A stretch of DNA of 64,000 bases, from positions 1-64,000 of the forward strand of contig JAVRCJ020000017.1 of assembly GCA_034530875.2 (NCBI GenBank), written 5' to 3'. The notes beneath the pieces were generated by a model. It saw only the letters and a list, made by a program, of their open reading frames with translations. It had not been told where the DNA came from and did no database searches. Position 1 is the stretch's first letter. Each line of letters starts with the position of its first letter. The translations under genes and the position numbers were made by a program. Below, piece by piece: positions 1 through 10,639 of the stretch. The stretch is from Nostoc sp. DedSLP01 (GTDB lineage Bacteria; Cyanobacteriota; Cyanobacteriia; Cyanobacteriales; Nostocaceae).

Positions 1-77
1 TTGACCTATCTTTTTTTACCCCAAAACTGTCACAGTCCTCTATTTTCTTGGCTTCAGCCGCTTTGTCACCCCGTCAG
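1..77 (-). mobile_element. End of a second IS element (probably IS4-like) inserted into the IS982 transposase
   Basis: On the minus strand the IS982 ORF reads ...LLAFKLTP and then runs into CTGACGGGGTGACAAAGC..., stopping early. This resembles ends of cyanobacterial IS4-type elements as I recall them. The element continues beyond the window. Confidence 0.5.
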
Positions 78-617
78 AGGAGTTAGTTTGAATGCCAACA
101 ATTCTCCACAGTCGTTAATAATTAAATGAAGTTTAAAGCCGAAGTGCCACCCTATCGAATTCTTACCCCATTTAACTAATCCTTTAAACACTTTATGTGC
201 ATGGGAGCGACAATTGTGACAAACATCTATTGGAGTCGAATCGATAAAACTAATTCCTGTAACTTCTCCCGTGCGTGTATGTAAGAAACAACACAATAAC
301 ATTAAACACCAAGGCATCAGTTCCACAAACCTTGTGTAGCTGACCAAGTTGGGAAACGCCTCACGCCAGCTTTGTAGCACGTGCAACGTGTAAAACTCCT
401 TGAAAGTCTTATAACCACTACCATGAAACGCAATTACTATTGTAATCACTTCTGATAAATGCATCCTTGAGCGACTACGACACTCTCCCTTTGTGGATGG
501 TAACTGTGGTACTTGTTGCCACAAGTTCTCCCACTGCTTACAAAAATCATCTACGTCCCAGAAGATTTGTTCGATATCGAGGCGAGATACAATGGTAGAC
601 ATAGCCGAGACTCTCAT
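66..617 (-). pseudogene. IS982-family transposase, C-terminally truncated
   Basis: Motifs SEVITIVIAFH, FPNLVSYTRFVE, FIDSTP and GWHFGFKLHLIIN. Only 183 aa; the rest of the DDE domain is missing. Confidence 0.85.
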
Positions 618-784
618 TTTTCTTAGATATTTTTAGTCTCGGCGTTTTTTTGTGCCTTTTTTAGTCATTCTCAATCAATCTTAGCGTAGGCGCAGCCCGC
701 CGCAGGCATCGCCTTTGTAATGCCGAGTTATGCAAATCTATACATAGCAGGCTTTCTGCGTTTTTCTAGTCGTCGAACTCACGT
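78..784 (-). mobile_element. IS982-family insertion sequence, interrupted
   Basis: Transposase ORF plus a terminal-repeat-like end ACGTGAGTTCGACG at 784-771 on the minus strand. Confidence 0.75.
684..712. repeat. SDR5-like 21-nt element inserted into a HIP1 site
   Basis: GCG[taggcgcagcccgccgcaggc]ATCGC: the HIP1 octamer is split by 21 nt. Confidence 0.7.
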
Positions 785-831
785 TAACATACATGCATTG
801 TTTATCTGATTTAATTTTCCATAACTAGTGG

Positions 832-1338
832 CTATACTTCATCAAAAGCAGGAGGATAAATAACTTTTCCTTTATAGTTTTCTTGATAACTTTGTAGTGG
901 TTTAACCATGAAGAATTCCTCTGGTACTGGAAAGGGAGATTCGATTCCATAAATCACAGAAGTCTGAAAGCCAAAGCGGGCATAAAATTCGGGATGACCT
1001 AGTACAATTACAAGGGCTTCTTGATTTGCTTTTGCTATTTCTAAACCTGCTTTGGTTAATGCACTACCAATTCCTTGTTTTTGAAACTGTGGATGAACTG
1101 CCAATGGTGCTAACCCAAGTACTTGTAATGTTTGTTCGTTAGCTAGGTCAATATAACTAAATAAAATGTGACCGACTACAATACCTTCAACTTCAGCAAC
1201 TAACGAAAGTTCTGGAATATAGCACTCAGAAGAGCGAATTCGCTCCACAAGTTTAGCCTCATTATCTTGACCAAAGGCTAAAGTATTCACCTGAGATATT
1301 GCTGGGTAATCTAATAAATTTTCACAACGAATATTCAT
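832..1338 (-). CDS. GNAT-family N-acetyltransferase
   Basis: LAPLAVHPQFQKQGIG acetyl-CoA-binding motif; VLGHPEFYARFGF. Confidence 0.9.
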   Translation of the reverse strand: MNIRCENLLDYPAISQVNTLAFGQDNEAKLVERIRSSECYIPELSLVAEVEGIVVGHILFSYIDLANEQTLQVLGLAPLAVHPQFQKQGIGSALTKAGLEIAKANQEALVIVLGHPEFYARFGFQTSVIYGIESPFPVPEEFFMVKPLQSYQENYKGKVIYPPAFDEV

Positions 1339-1847
1339 GGTTTTAAAATCAATTCCATAAAAATCCAGCTGGCTCGATATTCTAACGGAATCTCTGTTTT
1401 TTCCAAATACGGTTCGATATCCTGAAAGCCAAATACACGATAAAGTGCTTGTGCTTCCTTGGCATAAGGCGCAGTATCTAAACGAATCTTAGAGTAACCA
1501 ATATCAGTAGCTTCATTGATGATAGCTTGTAATAGCGATCGCCCTATTCCTTTTTTGCGAAATTCTGGTCTGACATACATCCTTTTAATTTCACCAATAC
1601 CTTGGTCAATCTTTCGCAAGCAAGCGCAGCCGGCTACTTTTTCTTCATACTCTCCTAAAAGCAACCGTCCTGAAGGTGGTGTAAACTCATCGAGTTGAGT
1701 AATGTATTGTTCGTAAAATGTATTAATATTAAAATTAATGCTATATTCGCGGTTAAAAATTAACTTAGTTTCATTAAGATACTCGAAGAACAGTTCTTTT
1801 ATATGAAATTTATGTTCTTCATTTTCCACTTGGAGAATTTTGACCAA
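1335..1847 (-). CDS. GNAT-family N-acetyltransferase
   Basis: EIKRMYVRPEFRKKGIG and AQALYRVFGF motifs; overlaps the next GNAT gene by 4 nt. Confidence 0.9.
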   Translation of the reverse strand: MVKILQVENEEHKFHIKELFFEYLNETKLIFNREYSINFNINTFYEQYITQLDEFTPPSGRLLLGEYEEKVAGCACLRKIDQGIGEIKRMYVRPEFRKKGIGRSLLQAIINEATDIGYSKIRLDTAPYAKEAQALYRVFGFQDIEPYLEKTEIPLEYRASWIFMELILKP

Positions 1848-2052
1848 AGTTTATGCCTCCACTAAATAAATTTCAAAGTAGGTGTGTTATGCCGCAGGCT
1901 AACGCACCTATTAAAATATTAACGAGCAATATATTAGCTTGAATTAAGTAAGGGGACATAATTAAATGTAAAATCCAAACCAGCAAAACCTTTTACTGTT
2001 GAAGGTTTTACCTCCTGCCCCCTGCCTCCTGCCTCCTGCCTTCTACTTATCA

Positions 2053-2946
2053 ATGGTTAAAATTCCAGTAATTGATTTAGCTGCTTTCTCCAATGGCAGC
2101 CCAACAACTAGACAAGCTATCGTCAAACAAATTTATCAAGCTTGTCATGAAATCGGTTTCATGTACTTGCAAAATTCAGGAATTTCAAAAGACTTAATCG
2201 AAGAAGTATTTACATATAATAAATCTTTCTTCAACTTACCTTTAGAAGTTAAGCAAAAGCAAGCTTGGAGCGATGAATTTAGTAATACAGGATATGTTGC
2301 TATCGAAAGAGAACGTCTCGATCCGAATAAACCAGGTGACTTGAAAGAAGCGTTTAATGTCAGCAAACAAGGTGCTGTCGAGATGAATACTTGTATTATT
2401 GCCTTCTATGATAGTTGCACAAAACTGGCTAACACCGTATTAAAAACATTTGCTTTAGCGCTAGAATTGCCAGAAGATTTTTTTACTACAAGGCACGATC
2501 GCCACAATCATACCTTGCGATCGCTCCACTATCCTCCATTGCAAACGCCGCCCAAACCCGGACAAGTACGTGCTGGCGAACATTCCGATTATGGCAGCAT
2601 CACTTTACTTTTCCAAAATGACATCGGCGGCTTGGAAGTACGAACAGCAGCAGGAGAATGGATTGGAGCGCCCGCAATTTCTGATACTGTTATAGTTAAT
2701 ACTGGCGATTTAATGCAGAGGTGGACAAATCATGTATTTTGTTCGACTCACCATCGGGTAATGATTCCTAATGACGAGAGAGTAAACCAGTCTCGTTATT
2801 CCATTGCTTTTTTCTGTCATCCTAATGATGATGTAGAAATTGCTTGTTTGGAGAGTTGCCAAAAAGGAAAATCGCCTATTTATCCACCCATCTTGGCGGG
2901 AGAATATCTTTTACAAAGATTACAAGCAAGCTATGGTAATTCGTAA
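2053..2946 (+). CDS. 2OG-Fe(II) dioxygenase, isopenicillin N synthase family
   Basis: IPVIDL N-terminus, HSD...H iron triad, RYS 2OG-binding motif. Start moved to ATG 2053 because the upstream extension is repeat-derived. Confidence 0.9.
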   Translation: MVKIPVIDLAAFSNGSPTTRQAIVKQIYQACHEIGFMYLQNSGISKDLIEEVFTYNKSFFNLPLEVKQKQAWSDEFSNTGYVAIERERLDPNKPGDLKEAFNVSKQGAVEMNTCIIAFYDSCTKLANTVLKTFALALELPEDFFTTRHDRHNHTLRSLHYPPLQTPPKPGQVRAGEHSDYGSITLLFQNDIGGLEVRTAAGEWIGAPAISDTVIVNTGDLMQRWTNHVFCSTHHRVMIPNDERVNQSRYSIAFFCHPNDDVEIACLESCQKGKSPIYPPILAGEYLLQRLQASYGNS

Positions 2947-3006
2947 TTCGTAATTCGTAATGGGCTACGCCCCGATGCGCTAATGTAATTAAGAAAGATA
3001 TTTAAG

Positions 3007-4146
3007 ATGAAAACTTACGATTGGATTGTAGTTGGTGGTGGGATTACTGGTGCTGCGCTTGCTTACGAACTAAGGAAAGCAGGCTTTGATGTACTTCTGG
3101 TGGAAGAATATGAAGTACCACAGAATGCAACTCGCTATAGTTATGGTGGACTTGCTTATTGGGCGGGTACCACACCATTAACTCGGCAATTGTGCGAAGA
3201 TGCGATCGCTCGATATCACATCCTATCTCAAGAGTTAGACGCTGATATAGAATTTCAGGAATTAGATTTATTATTAACGATTTCACCGACTAGCGAACCA
3301 GAAGCGATCGCTGCATTATATAGGGATTGTGCTGTTGTACCGCGTTTACTTAGCGTACAAGCAGCTAGTGAATTGGAACCGCTAATAAATCAGCAGGCGA
3401 TATCCGGTGCTTTAACTGTTAAACACGGTCACATTCATCCCCAAAAAACAGCACAAGCTTACATTCAAGCTTTTTCACGTGCTGGTGGTGAAGTGCAAAT
3501 TACCCAAGTTTTGCAAATATTAGAAAACGGCGTAAAAACCACGAATGCAACTTATCACAGTGCAAATGTTGTCATCTGTGCGGGTGGACTTAGCCGCCAA
3601 CTTTTAAAATCAGTTGGTATTTCCATTAAGATATATTTTACCCACGCAGAAATCATTGAAACTCCACCAGTTGATATTAGATTACGCACCTTAGTTATGC
3701 CTGCTAACGTGCAACGATTTCAATTAGAATCCCAATCTTCTCAAGTCGATGAACTGTGGAACGAACCAGGAAATGAACCAGTACCAGCAATTTTGGATGC
3801 TGGTGCAATCCAATTTCAAGATGGTACTTTGCGTTTGGGTCAAATTAGCCGCGTTCTCACAGATTCTAATGCCAAGGTAAACTCACAAGCGAGTGAAAAA
3901 TGGTTGCGAGAAAGTGTTGGAGAAGTGTTACCAGCCTTGGAGAACTTGCCAGGAACTTGGCATCATTGCTTGGTGGCATTTAGCGGAAATTATTTGCCTT
4001 TAATTGGCCCTATTCCAGGATTTGAAAGTATTCATGTGTTCAGTGGATTTAGCAATCCCCTGGTAATCGTGCCACCTTTAGCACAACGTTTTGCTAAATT
4101 TGCAACTGGCAAGGAAGATGAAATTATTACAGCTATTTTGAATTAA
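3007..4146 (+). CDS. FAD-dependent oxidoreductase (DAO family)
   Basis: VVGGGITG Rossmann motif; DAO-like length. Confidence 0.85.
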   Translation: MKTYDWIVVGGGITGAALAYELRKAGFDVLLVEEYEVPQNATRYSYGGLAYWAGTTPLTRQLCEDAIARYHILSQELDADIEFQELDLLLTISPTSEPEAIAALYRDCAVVPRLLSVQAASELEPLINQQAISGALTVKHGHIHPQKTAQAYIQAFSRAGGEVQITQVLQILENGVKTTNATYHSANVVICAGGLSRQLLKSVGISIKIYFTHAEIIETPPVDIRLRTLVMPANVQRFQLESQSSQVDELWNEPGNEPVPAILDAGAIQFQDGTLRLGQISRVLTDSNAKVNSQASEKWLRESVGEVLPALENLPGTWHHCLVAFSGNYLPLIGPIPGFESIHVFSGFSNPLVIVPPLAQRFAKFATGKEDEIITAILN

Positions 4147-4206
4147 ATTAGTAAATCATTAACATCTTCATCTGCAATATTTTGAGTACTTCAACAATAA
4201 CAGAGG

Positions 4207-4986
4207 TTAAAGTAATGCCTTGGTCTCGTTCTTAAGCTTCATTCTTAAGGCCAGTGCGAGTGTAGCAATAGCACCAAGAACTGTATTTGGTTCTGGAACT
4301 TGATTTTGGTTATCTATAGTTTCTACTTTAGTGATATTAACTAACATCTTTCCAGTGTTGTCACTATAAAAAATATCGTTGACAGCAAGGAACAAAAACT
4401 TGGCGTTGGTTGGAATCTGAATTGTCATCTCGCCAAAGATGCCAAAAACACCATCAAACAATGTTTGTTGACCGCAGGTTCTACTAGAATCGCTTAAGTT
4501 CGCATCGCTACACATATAAGCATTTTTTGCCCAGTCGTAGGTAGAACCTGAATAATAAGTAGAGTCAAATAAAGTCCGAGAAGTCCAATTTGTCTGTGTA
4601 TAGCCATATTCGTTACTATCTTTTGAATTGAGAGTAATAGCATCAGCTACTCGTTGTCCAGCAGATGCATCCAGAAGCTTCTTTGAAGCACTGAATACGC
4701 CAATCATGTCGCTTTTTTCTCCAGGATTCCAAACACTCCAGTTAAATTTACCCGAGATATTCAAACGGATAGAGTTTCCACCTTGAAGACCCAAATCTGC
4801 CAAAGAGATGGCTGTGGTGTCACCTGCAATAGTTTTAACACCGTTGTAATCTGTTGTATCAACATAAGTTTTCAAAAATGTATAGGTAGGGTCAATCTCG
4901 AACGATGCTGCTTGAGCTTTATTGGTAGATAAAAACCCTAGTCCTGCTAGGCTAAAAACTAATAAAATACGGGAAAAATGGTTCAT
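4207..4986 (-). CDS. PEP-CTERM sorting-domain surface protein
   Basis: Signal peptide ending AQAA; C-terminal VPEPNT, hydrophobic stretch and basic tail. Confidence 0.85.
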   Translation of the reverse strand: MNHFSRILLVFSLAGLGFLSTNKAQAASFEIDPTYTFLKTYVDTTDYNGVKTIAGDTTAISLADLGLQGGNSIRLNISGKFNWSVWNPGEKSDMIGVFSASKKLLDASAGQRVADAITLNSKDSNEYGYTQTNWTSRTLFDSTYYSGSTYDWAKNAYMCSDANLSDSSRTCGQQTLFDGVFGIFGEMTIQIPTNAKFLFLAVNDIFYSDNTGKMLVNITKVETIDNQNQVPEPNTVLGAIATLALALRMKLKNETKALL

Positions 4987-5367
4987 TTTCCGACACTTGT
5001 TGCTTACTCATCCAACATAAATAATATTCTTGGATAAGTGTATAAATAATTATGGGTATTTATTGAAACTCGGGTAAATTTTATTGCTTATTTTGAGTTA
5101 GCTGCTAAGTAAATTTATTTTTTAAGAAATGCATTTTAGGTATAGATAAATATTAAAATATAAGTATATATATGTATAAATAACTATAATTTGCCTAAAT
5201 AGGGCTAAAACTAGCCTTAAAATCTGTTTTTAGGTTTATCAAAATCTTACGGCAATCAAAAATCAAGGTAATATTTTATTTGATAAAACAGACGAGAGCC
5301 AGCTTTCCACCAAATCCAAGTTTTACTGAATCGAATTCATCCTAGATTACTTACTAGAGGGGCAGCT

Positions 5368-5784
5368 ATGTCAATTGAGGATAACAAAATAATTGCTCGG
5401 CGTTGGATAGAACTTATTAGCGAACATAAAATTGAAGAAATCTGCGAGATAACCGCGCCTACTTGGAAAATGCACGGTGGTCTACCAGGGCTTCCCCCCG
5501 GCCCGGACGGAGTACGCAAACTCTTTGCTTCATTTGGGCGTATCGAACAAAAATGGACAATTGAAGATGTAATTGCCGAAGGTGATAAAGTCGTAGTTCG
5601 TGCGACCAATGACTGCGTGCAAGATAGTTTTTTTGGCATACCTAGTCATGGACGGCGACAAACCTTTACGGCTACATTCATCCATTGCATAGCTGATGGC
5701 AAGATAGTTGAAACTTGGCGAAACGCTGATGACCTCGGACGAGTTCTTCAGCTTGGCGCACGAATTGAGCCAGGTCAATCCTAA
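5368..5784 (+). CDS. SnoaL-like ester cyclase
   Basis: EDNKIIARR, IEDVIAEGDKVVVR and DGKIVETW motifs; RBS GAGGGG upstream. Confidence 0.85.
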   Translation: MSIEDNKIIARRWIELISEHKIEEICEITAPTWKMHGGLPGLPPGPDGVRKLFASFGRIEQKWTIEDVIAEGDKVVVRATNDCVQDSFFGIPSHGRRQTFTATFIHCIADGKIVETWRNADDLGRVLQLGARIEPGQS

Positions 5785-5965
5785 CAGGAGTCGGTAATTT
5801 TCAAACTTGGCGATCGCATTATTTCACTTTGTGGCAACTTGCAATCACATATTATGTTTGATACCTAATATCAGACGATGTATTGCAGAAATATTAAGAA
5901 TTTTGATTTACTTAACAAACCTTAATACTAAAAAATCAATTTTCTCTGACAAAATAAAAAATTTT

Positions 5966-6008
5966 GTATACTAGATAACTTTTTGCTAGTAAACTATCGC
6001 ACTAATAT
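5966..6008 (+). promoter_or_regulatory. Putative NtcA-activated promoter of urtA
   Basis: GTA-N8-AAC at 5966-5979 (one mismatch to GTA-N8-TAC), followed 23 nt later by TAATAT (TAN3T -10 box). urt operons are known NtcA targets. Confidence 0.6.
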
Positions 6009-6080
6009 CACAACTTAACGATTGATATTGTCAGCTTTTCATGAGTTGGCTGATTCCTGACGGCAAAAATTTATAAAGAT

Positions 6081-7397
6081 ATGAAAAGACAATTTAACCG
6101 ACGCAAGTTTTTAATCTACGGTTCTGCAACTTTCACAAGCAGCATTTTTTTAAAAGCTTGCGCCAACAATACGCCAATTTCTACAGAGAGTACAGTCGCA
6201 CCTCCATCTGCTTCACCAGCAGCGGCTACTACTGGTAGCACGATTAAAGTAGGTATATTGCATTCTCTTAGTGGCACAATGGCCATTAGTGAAAAAAGCG
6301 TTGTTGATGCCGAAAAATTAGCCATCAAAGAAATTAACGCTGCTGGTGGTGTTTTAGGTAAGCAAATTGAAGTAATTACTGAAGATGGCGCTTCTAACTG
6401 GGATACATTTAGAGAAAAGGCAACCAAGTTAATCGACCAAGATAAAGTCGCTGTAGTTTTTGGTTGTTGGACTTCTGCTAGCCGCAAGAATGTTAAGCCA
6501 GTATTTGAGAGCAAAAATCACATGCTCTGGTATCCCGTACAATACGAAGGTCAAGAGTGTTCTAAAAACATTTTTTATACTGGCGCTGCACCAAACCAAC
6601 AAATCGAACCATCAGTTGATTGGTTGCTAAAAAATAAGGGCAAAGAATTCTTTTTGGTTGGTTCTGATTACGTTTTTCCTCGTACTGCTAACACAATTAT
6701 TAAAGCTCAATTAGAAGCTTTAGGCGGTAAAACAGTCGGTGAAGATTATTTACCTCTAGGTAACACAGAAGTTACACCAATTATTACTAAAATCAAACAA
6801 AATTTACCCAACGGTGGGGTAATTTATAACACCCTGAATGGTGATAGTAACGTCGCTTTCTTCAAACAATTAAAAGGTGCTGGATTAACACCAGAAAAAT
6901 ATCCTTCCATGTCAGTAAGTATTGCTGAAGAAGAAGTCAAAGCAATTGGTGTAGAGTATCTCAAAGGTCACTATGCTGCTTGGAATTACTTCCAGACAGT
7001 AGACACACCTGCTAACAAAAAGTTTGTCGCTGCATTTAAGAAAGAATACGGTGAAGAACGGGTGACAAATGACCCAATGGAAGCAGCATATATCGCAGTT
7101 TATTTGTGGAAACAAGCAGTAGAAAAAGCTGGTAATACTGATTTAGAGAAAGTACGTGCTGCGGCATTCGGTCAAACTTTAGATGCACCAGAAGGTAAAG
7201 TGACAATGGATGCCAATCATCACATATCTAAAATTGTGCGAATTGGCCAAGTCAGACAAGATGGTTTGTTTGATATTGTCTATGCTACACCTGCACCAGT
7301 TGAACCAGTTCCTTGGAATCAATTTGTGAAAGAAACTAAGGGATTTGCTTGTGATTGGACTGACCCAGCTAAGGGTGGTAAATATAAAAAAGTTTAG
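6081..7397 (+). CDS. urtA: Urea ABC transporter substrate-binding protein
   Basis: Tat-like lipoprotein signal; [23 protein letters not shown] and YPVQYEGQE motifs. Confidence 0.97.
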   Translation: MKRQFNRRKFLIYGSATFTSSIFLKACANNTPISTESTVAPPSASPAAATTGSTIKVGILHSLSGTMAISEKSVVDAEKLAIKEINAAGGVLGKQIEVITEDGASNWDTFREKATKLIDQDKVAVVFGCWTSASRKNVKPVFESKNHMLWYPVQYEGQECSKNIFYTGAAPNQQIEPSVDWLLKNKGKEFFLVGSDYVFPRTANTIIKAQLEALGGKTVGEDYLPLGNTEVTPIITKIKQNLPNGGVIYNTLNGDSNVAFFKQLKGAGLTPEKYPSMSVSIAEEEVKAIGVEYLKGHYAAWNYFQTVDTPANKKFVAAFKKEYGEERVTNDPMEAAYIAVYLWKQAVEKAGNTDLEKVRAAAFGQTLDAPEGKVTMDANHHISKIVRIGQVRQDGLFDIVYATPAPVEPVPWNQFVKETKGFACDWTDPAKGGKYKKV

Positions 7398-7433
7398 GGC
7401 ATAGGGCATGGGGCATTGGGGATGGGGCATTGG
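7395..7433. repeat. STRR-type heptamer tandem repeat
   Basis: (GGGCATD)n array after urtA; similar arrays near 26420-26460, 27027-27050 and 34945-34980. Confidence 0.8.
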
Positions 7434-7518
7434 TTATTAATTCTTATTTCTCATCTCTCTACTCCCCACTCCCTGCTTAAACAAATAAGTTCAACAATCA
7501 AAACGGATTACTAAAAAA

Positions 7519-8679
7519 GTGTTAGCAGGTTTTCTAGAAGCTATATTTAATGGCATTAGTATTGGTGCTGTATTATTAATTGCAGCTTTGGGGCTATCTA
7601 TCATATTTGGATTGATGGGTGTCATTAATATGGCACATGGCGAATTAATGATGTTTGGCGCGTATACAACATTTGTTGTGCAAAATGGCTGTAAACAATT
7701 GGGGGGTGTGTGGTTTGAAACTTATATATTTTGGGCTTTGATTATTGCTTTTATTTTTACAGCCGTTGTGGGATTAATTTTAGAGAAAGGCGTAATTCGT
7801 TACCTTTACGGACGTCCCCTAGAAACTCTATTGGCAACTTGGGGAGTAAGTTTAATTTTTCAGCAATTTGTTCGCAGTGTGAATTGGGTTTTAATAATTG
7901 GCATAGCTATATTTTGTATATTATTTTTTGGCGGGTTATGGATTTTAAATTCCCGCACGAATTTAGAAAAAGTTCGTAGTTGGGCTGTGGCAGTATTGTT
8001 ATTACTATCGCTGGGAATAACAACCATCATAGGTAATTTATTAAGTCAAACTTATAAATTAGCAGTAACTCAACCTTGGTTTGGCGCTCAAAATGTAGAT
8101 GTAACTGCACCAACTTGGCTACAAGCAGGGATGTCTTTGGGCGGCGTGCAATTACCTTTTGCGAGGTTATTTATTATCGGTTTAACAATAATTTGTGTAA
8201 CGGGTATTTATGTATTTTTACAACGTTCTAGCTGGGGTTTAAGAATTCGGTCTGTCACACAAAACAGAAGCATGAGTGCTTGTTTGGGTATCCCGACTCA
8301 AAAAGTTGATGCGGTTACTTTTGCACTCGGTTCGGGTTTAGCTGGTGTGGCTGGATGTGCGATTAGTTTACTCGGTTCTGTGGGGCCGAATACGGGACAA
8401 AACTATATTATTGATACTTTTATGGTTGTTGTGGTTGGAGGTGTGGGAAATTTAGCAGGTAGTATTGTGGCAGCTTTGGCAATTGGTACGGCTAATTTTT
8501 TAATTGGTTCTGGGACGTTGGCTTTGGTGTTGAGTTCTGTGAAACCGTTGGCTGATTTCTTTAATTTTTTTGCCACTACGAGTATGGCGAAGGTGATGGT
8601 ATTTGCGTTGATTATTGTGTTTTTACAGTGGAAGCCTGGGGGGATTTTTCCGCAGAAGGGACGTACTGTTGATGTTTAA
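7519..8679 (+). CDS. urtB: Urea ABC transporter permease
   Basis: FGLMGVINMAHGE and RPLETLLATWG motifs; GTG start. Confidence 0.95.
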   Translation: MLAGFLEAIFNGISIGAVLLIAALGLSIIFGLMGVINMAHGELMMFGAYTTFVVQNGCKQLGGVWFETYIFWALIIAFIFTAVVGLILEKGVIRYLYGRPLETLLATWGVSLIFQQFVRSVNWVLIIGIAIFCILFFGGLWILNSRTNLEKVRSWAVAVLLLLSLGITTIIGNLLSQTYKLAVTQPWFGAQNVDVTAPTWLQAGMSLGGVQLPFARLFIIGLTIICVTGIYVFLQRSSWGLRIRSVTQNRSMSACLGIPTQKVDAVTFALGSGLAGVAGCAISLLGSVGPNTGQNYIIDTFMVVVVGGVGNLAGSIVAALAIGTANFLIGSGTLALVLSSVKPLADFFNFFATTSMAKVMVFALIIVFLQWKPGGIFPQKGRTVDV

Positions 8680-8709
8680 ATTCACGCTACAGATGCGGAG
8701 GCGCGGAGA

Positions 8710-9825
8710 ATGAGAAAGAGGAGAGGATTGTTGATTGAGGTGGGGGTGGTGGTAGCGATCGCACTTTCCCTCATAATTATTATGCCAGTGGTGCTGTCAG
8801 AGTTTCGGCTGAATTTGTTGGGCAGGTTTTTATCGCTGGCGATCGCGGCTTTGGGTATCGATTTGATTTGGGGGTATACTGGTTTACTAAGTTTGGGACA
8901 TGGTATTTTCTTTGGTTTGGGTGGATATGCGATCGCTATGTACCTGAAACTGCAAGTTCCCACTGGTGAATTACCCGATTTCATGGGACTTTATGGAGTT
9001 ACGGAACTTCCAGCATTTTGGCAACCTTTTTATTCTTTTCCTTTCACAATAGCTGCTGTAGTATTAATACCAGGTTTATTAGCAGGATTGTTGGGGTATT
9101 TAGTATTTAGAAATCGCCTCAAAGGAGTTTATTTTTCTATCTTGACTCAAGCCGGAACGATTGTATTTTTCAACTTTTTTAACGGTCAACAAAAGTTATT
9201 TAATGGTACGAATGGGCTGATAGATTTTACAACTTTATTTGGGGCAACAGTTAGCGATGCCAAAACGCAATTTGTATTTTACACCTTGACGGTGGTATTT
9301 CTCGCCGCTACCTATGCAATTTGTCGCTGGCTGACAAGCGGACGTTTTGGGAGATTGTTAATAGCGATTCGGGATGATGAAAATCGAGTTAGATTTTCAG
9401 GCTATGACCCTACAGATTTCAAGGTTTTGGTGTTTGGTGTTTCCGGAGCGATCGCAGGCATAGCAGGAGCATTTTACACCATTCAAAGTGGTTCTGTTTC
9501 ACCCAGAGCAATGGATATTGCTTTTTCGATTGAAATGGTAATTTGGGTAGCTGTGGGAGGACGTGCTACTTTAATTGGTGCAATTGTCGGCACTTTATTA
9601 GTTAATTATGCTCGGACTTTTTTAAGCGAACAATTTGCTGAAATCTGGCTATTTTTCCAAGGCGCACTATTTTTAATAGTCGTTACAGTCCTTCCTGACG
9701 GCATAGTAGGATGGTTGCGTAGCCAGAATATTTCTCTTGTCAAACGCCGTCAAGAAATTGCTACATACCCGGCTTTAGAAGAAGACGCTGAAGTACAACA
9801 TGAACGCCAAAATATTGGAAACTGA
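8710..9825 (+). CDS. urtC: Urea ABC transporter permease
   Basis: DLIWGYTGLLSLGHG, LPDFM and AIRDDENRVRFSGY motifs. Confidence 0.95.
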   Translation: MRKRRGLLIEVGVVVAIALSLIIIMPVVLSEFRLNLLGRFLSLAIAALGIDLIWGYTGLLSLGHGIFFGLGGYAIAMYLKLQVPTGELPDFMGLYGVTELPAFWQPFYSFPFTIAAVVLIPGLLAGLLGYLVFRNRLKGVYFSILTQAGTIVFFNFFNGQQKLFNGTNGLIDFTTLFGATVSDAKTQFVFYTLTVVFLAATYAICRWLTSGRFGRLLIAIRDDENRVRFSGYDPTDFKVLVFGVSGAIAGIAGAFYTIQSGSVSPRAMDIAFSIEMVIWVAVGGRATLIGAIVGTLLVNYARTFLSEQFAEIWLFFQGALFLIVVTVLPDGIVGWLRSQNISLVKRRQEIATYPALEEDAEVQHERQNIGN

Positions 9826-10549
9826 AAATGTAACTGTTAGCTTTGATGGTTTTAAAGCTATAAATCAGCTAAACTTTAGCATGGATGTGGGAGAACTGCG
9901 AGTAGTAATTGGCCCCAATGGTGCGGGAAAGACAACATTTTTGGATGTCATTACCGGGAAAGTCAAACCGACTATTGGGCGAGTTCTATTCAAAGGTAGA
10001 AACCTACGTTCTTTCTCCGAACATCAAATTGCGCGGCTGGGAATTGGGCGTAAATTTCAAACACCCAGAGTTTACCTGAATTTAACACCTCGTGAAAATT
10101 TAGAAATTACCAACAACCGCAATAAAAATGTCTTCTCTACTTTGTTTGGTAGTTCTAATACTACTGAAAAGAAGAATATTAAGGGCTTGTTAGAAACCAT
10201 CGGTTTAACTCCTAAAGCAGACATCCCAGCAGCTTTACTTTCTCACGGTGAAAAGCAACGTTTAGAAATTGGGATGTTAGTGGCACAGTCTCCTGATTTA
10301 TTACTAGTTGATGAACCAGTTGCTGGTTTAACAGATGAGGAAACCTACAACGTTGGCGAACTACTTTTAGCTTTAGCGCAAAGTCATTCAATCTTAGTTA
10401 TCGAACACGATATGGAATTCGTGCGTCAAATTGCTCGGAAAGTAACAGTACTACATCAAGGTTCGGTGCTATGCGAAGGTAATTTTGAAGAAGTACAAAA
10501 TGACTCTCGCGTGATTGAAGTATATTTAGGAAAACAGGAAGATTTATAG
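9800..10549 (+). CDS. urtD: Urea ABC transporter ATP-binding protein
   Basis: GPNGAGKT, LSHGEKQRLE and DEPVAG motifs; operon position. Confidence 0.95.
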   Translation: MNAKILETENVTVSFDGFKAINQLNFSMDVGELRVVIGPNGAGKTTFLDVITGKVKPTIGRVLFKGRNLRSFSEHQIARLGIGRKFQTPRVYLNLTPRENLEITNNRNKNVFSTLFGSSNTTEKKNIKGLLETIGLTPKADIPAALLSHGEKQRLEIGMLVAQSPDLLLVDEPVAGLTDEETYNVGELLLALAQSHSILVIEHDMEFVRQIARKVTVLHQGSVLCEGNFEEVQNDSRVIEVYLGKQEDL

Positions 10550-10639
10550 TAAAAAAGCTCTTTAACAGTTATCAGTTAGAGACTGCTTGTAAAGCGATCG
10601 CAATGTCAATTAAACCTTACTCAAAATTGCGATCGCAAT

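Noticed and set aside
832..5784. GNATs, 2OG oxygenase, FAD oxidoreductase and SnoaL cyclase as a biosynthetic cluster
   Set aside because: Mixed orientations and no core synthase; these are common dispersed cyanobacterial genes.
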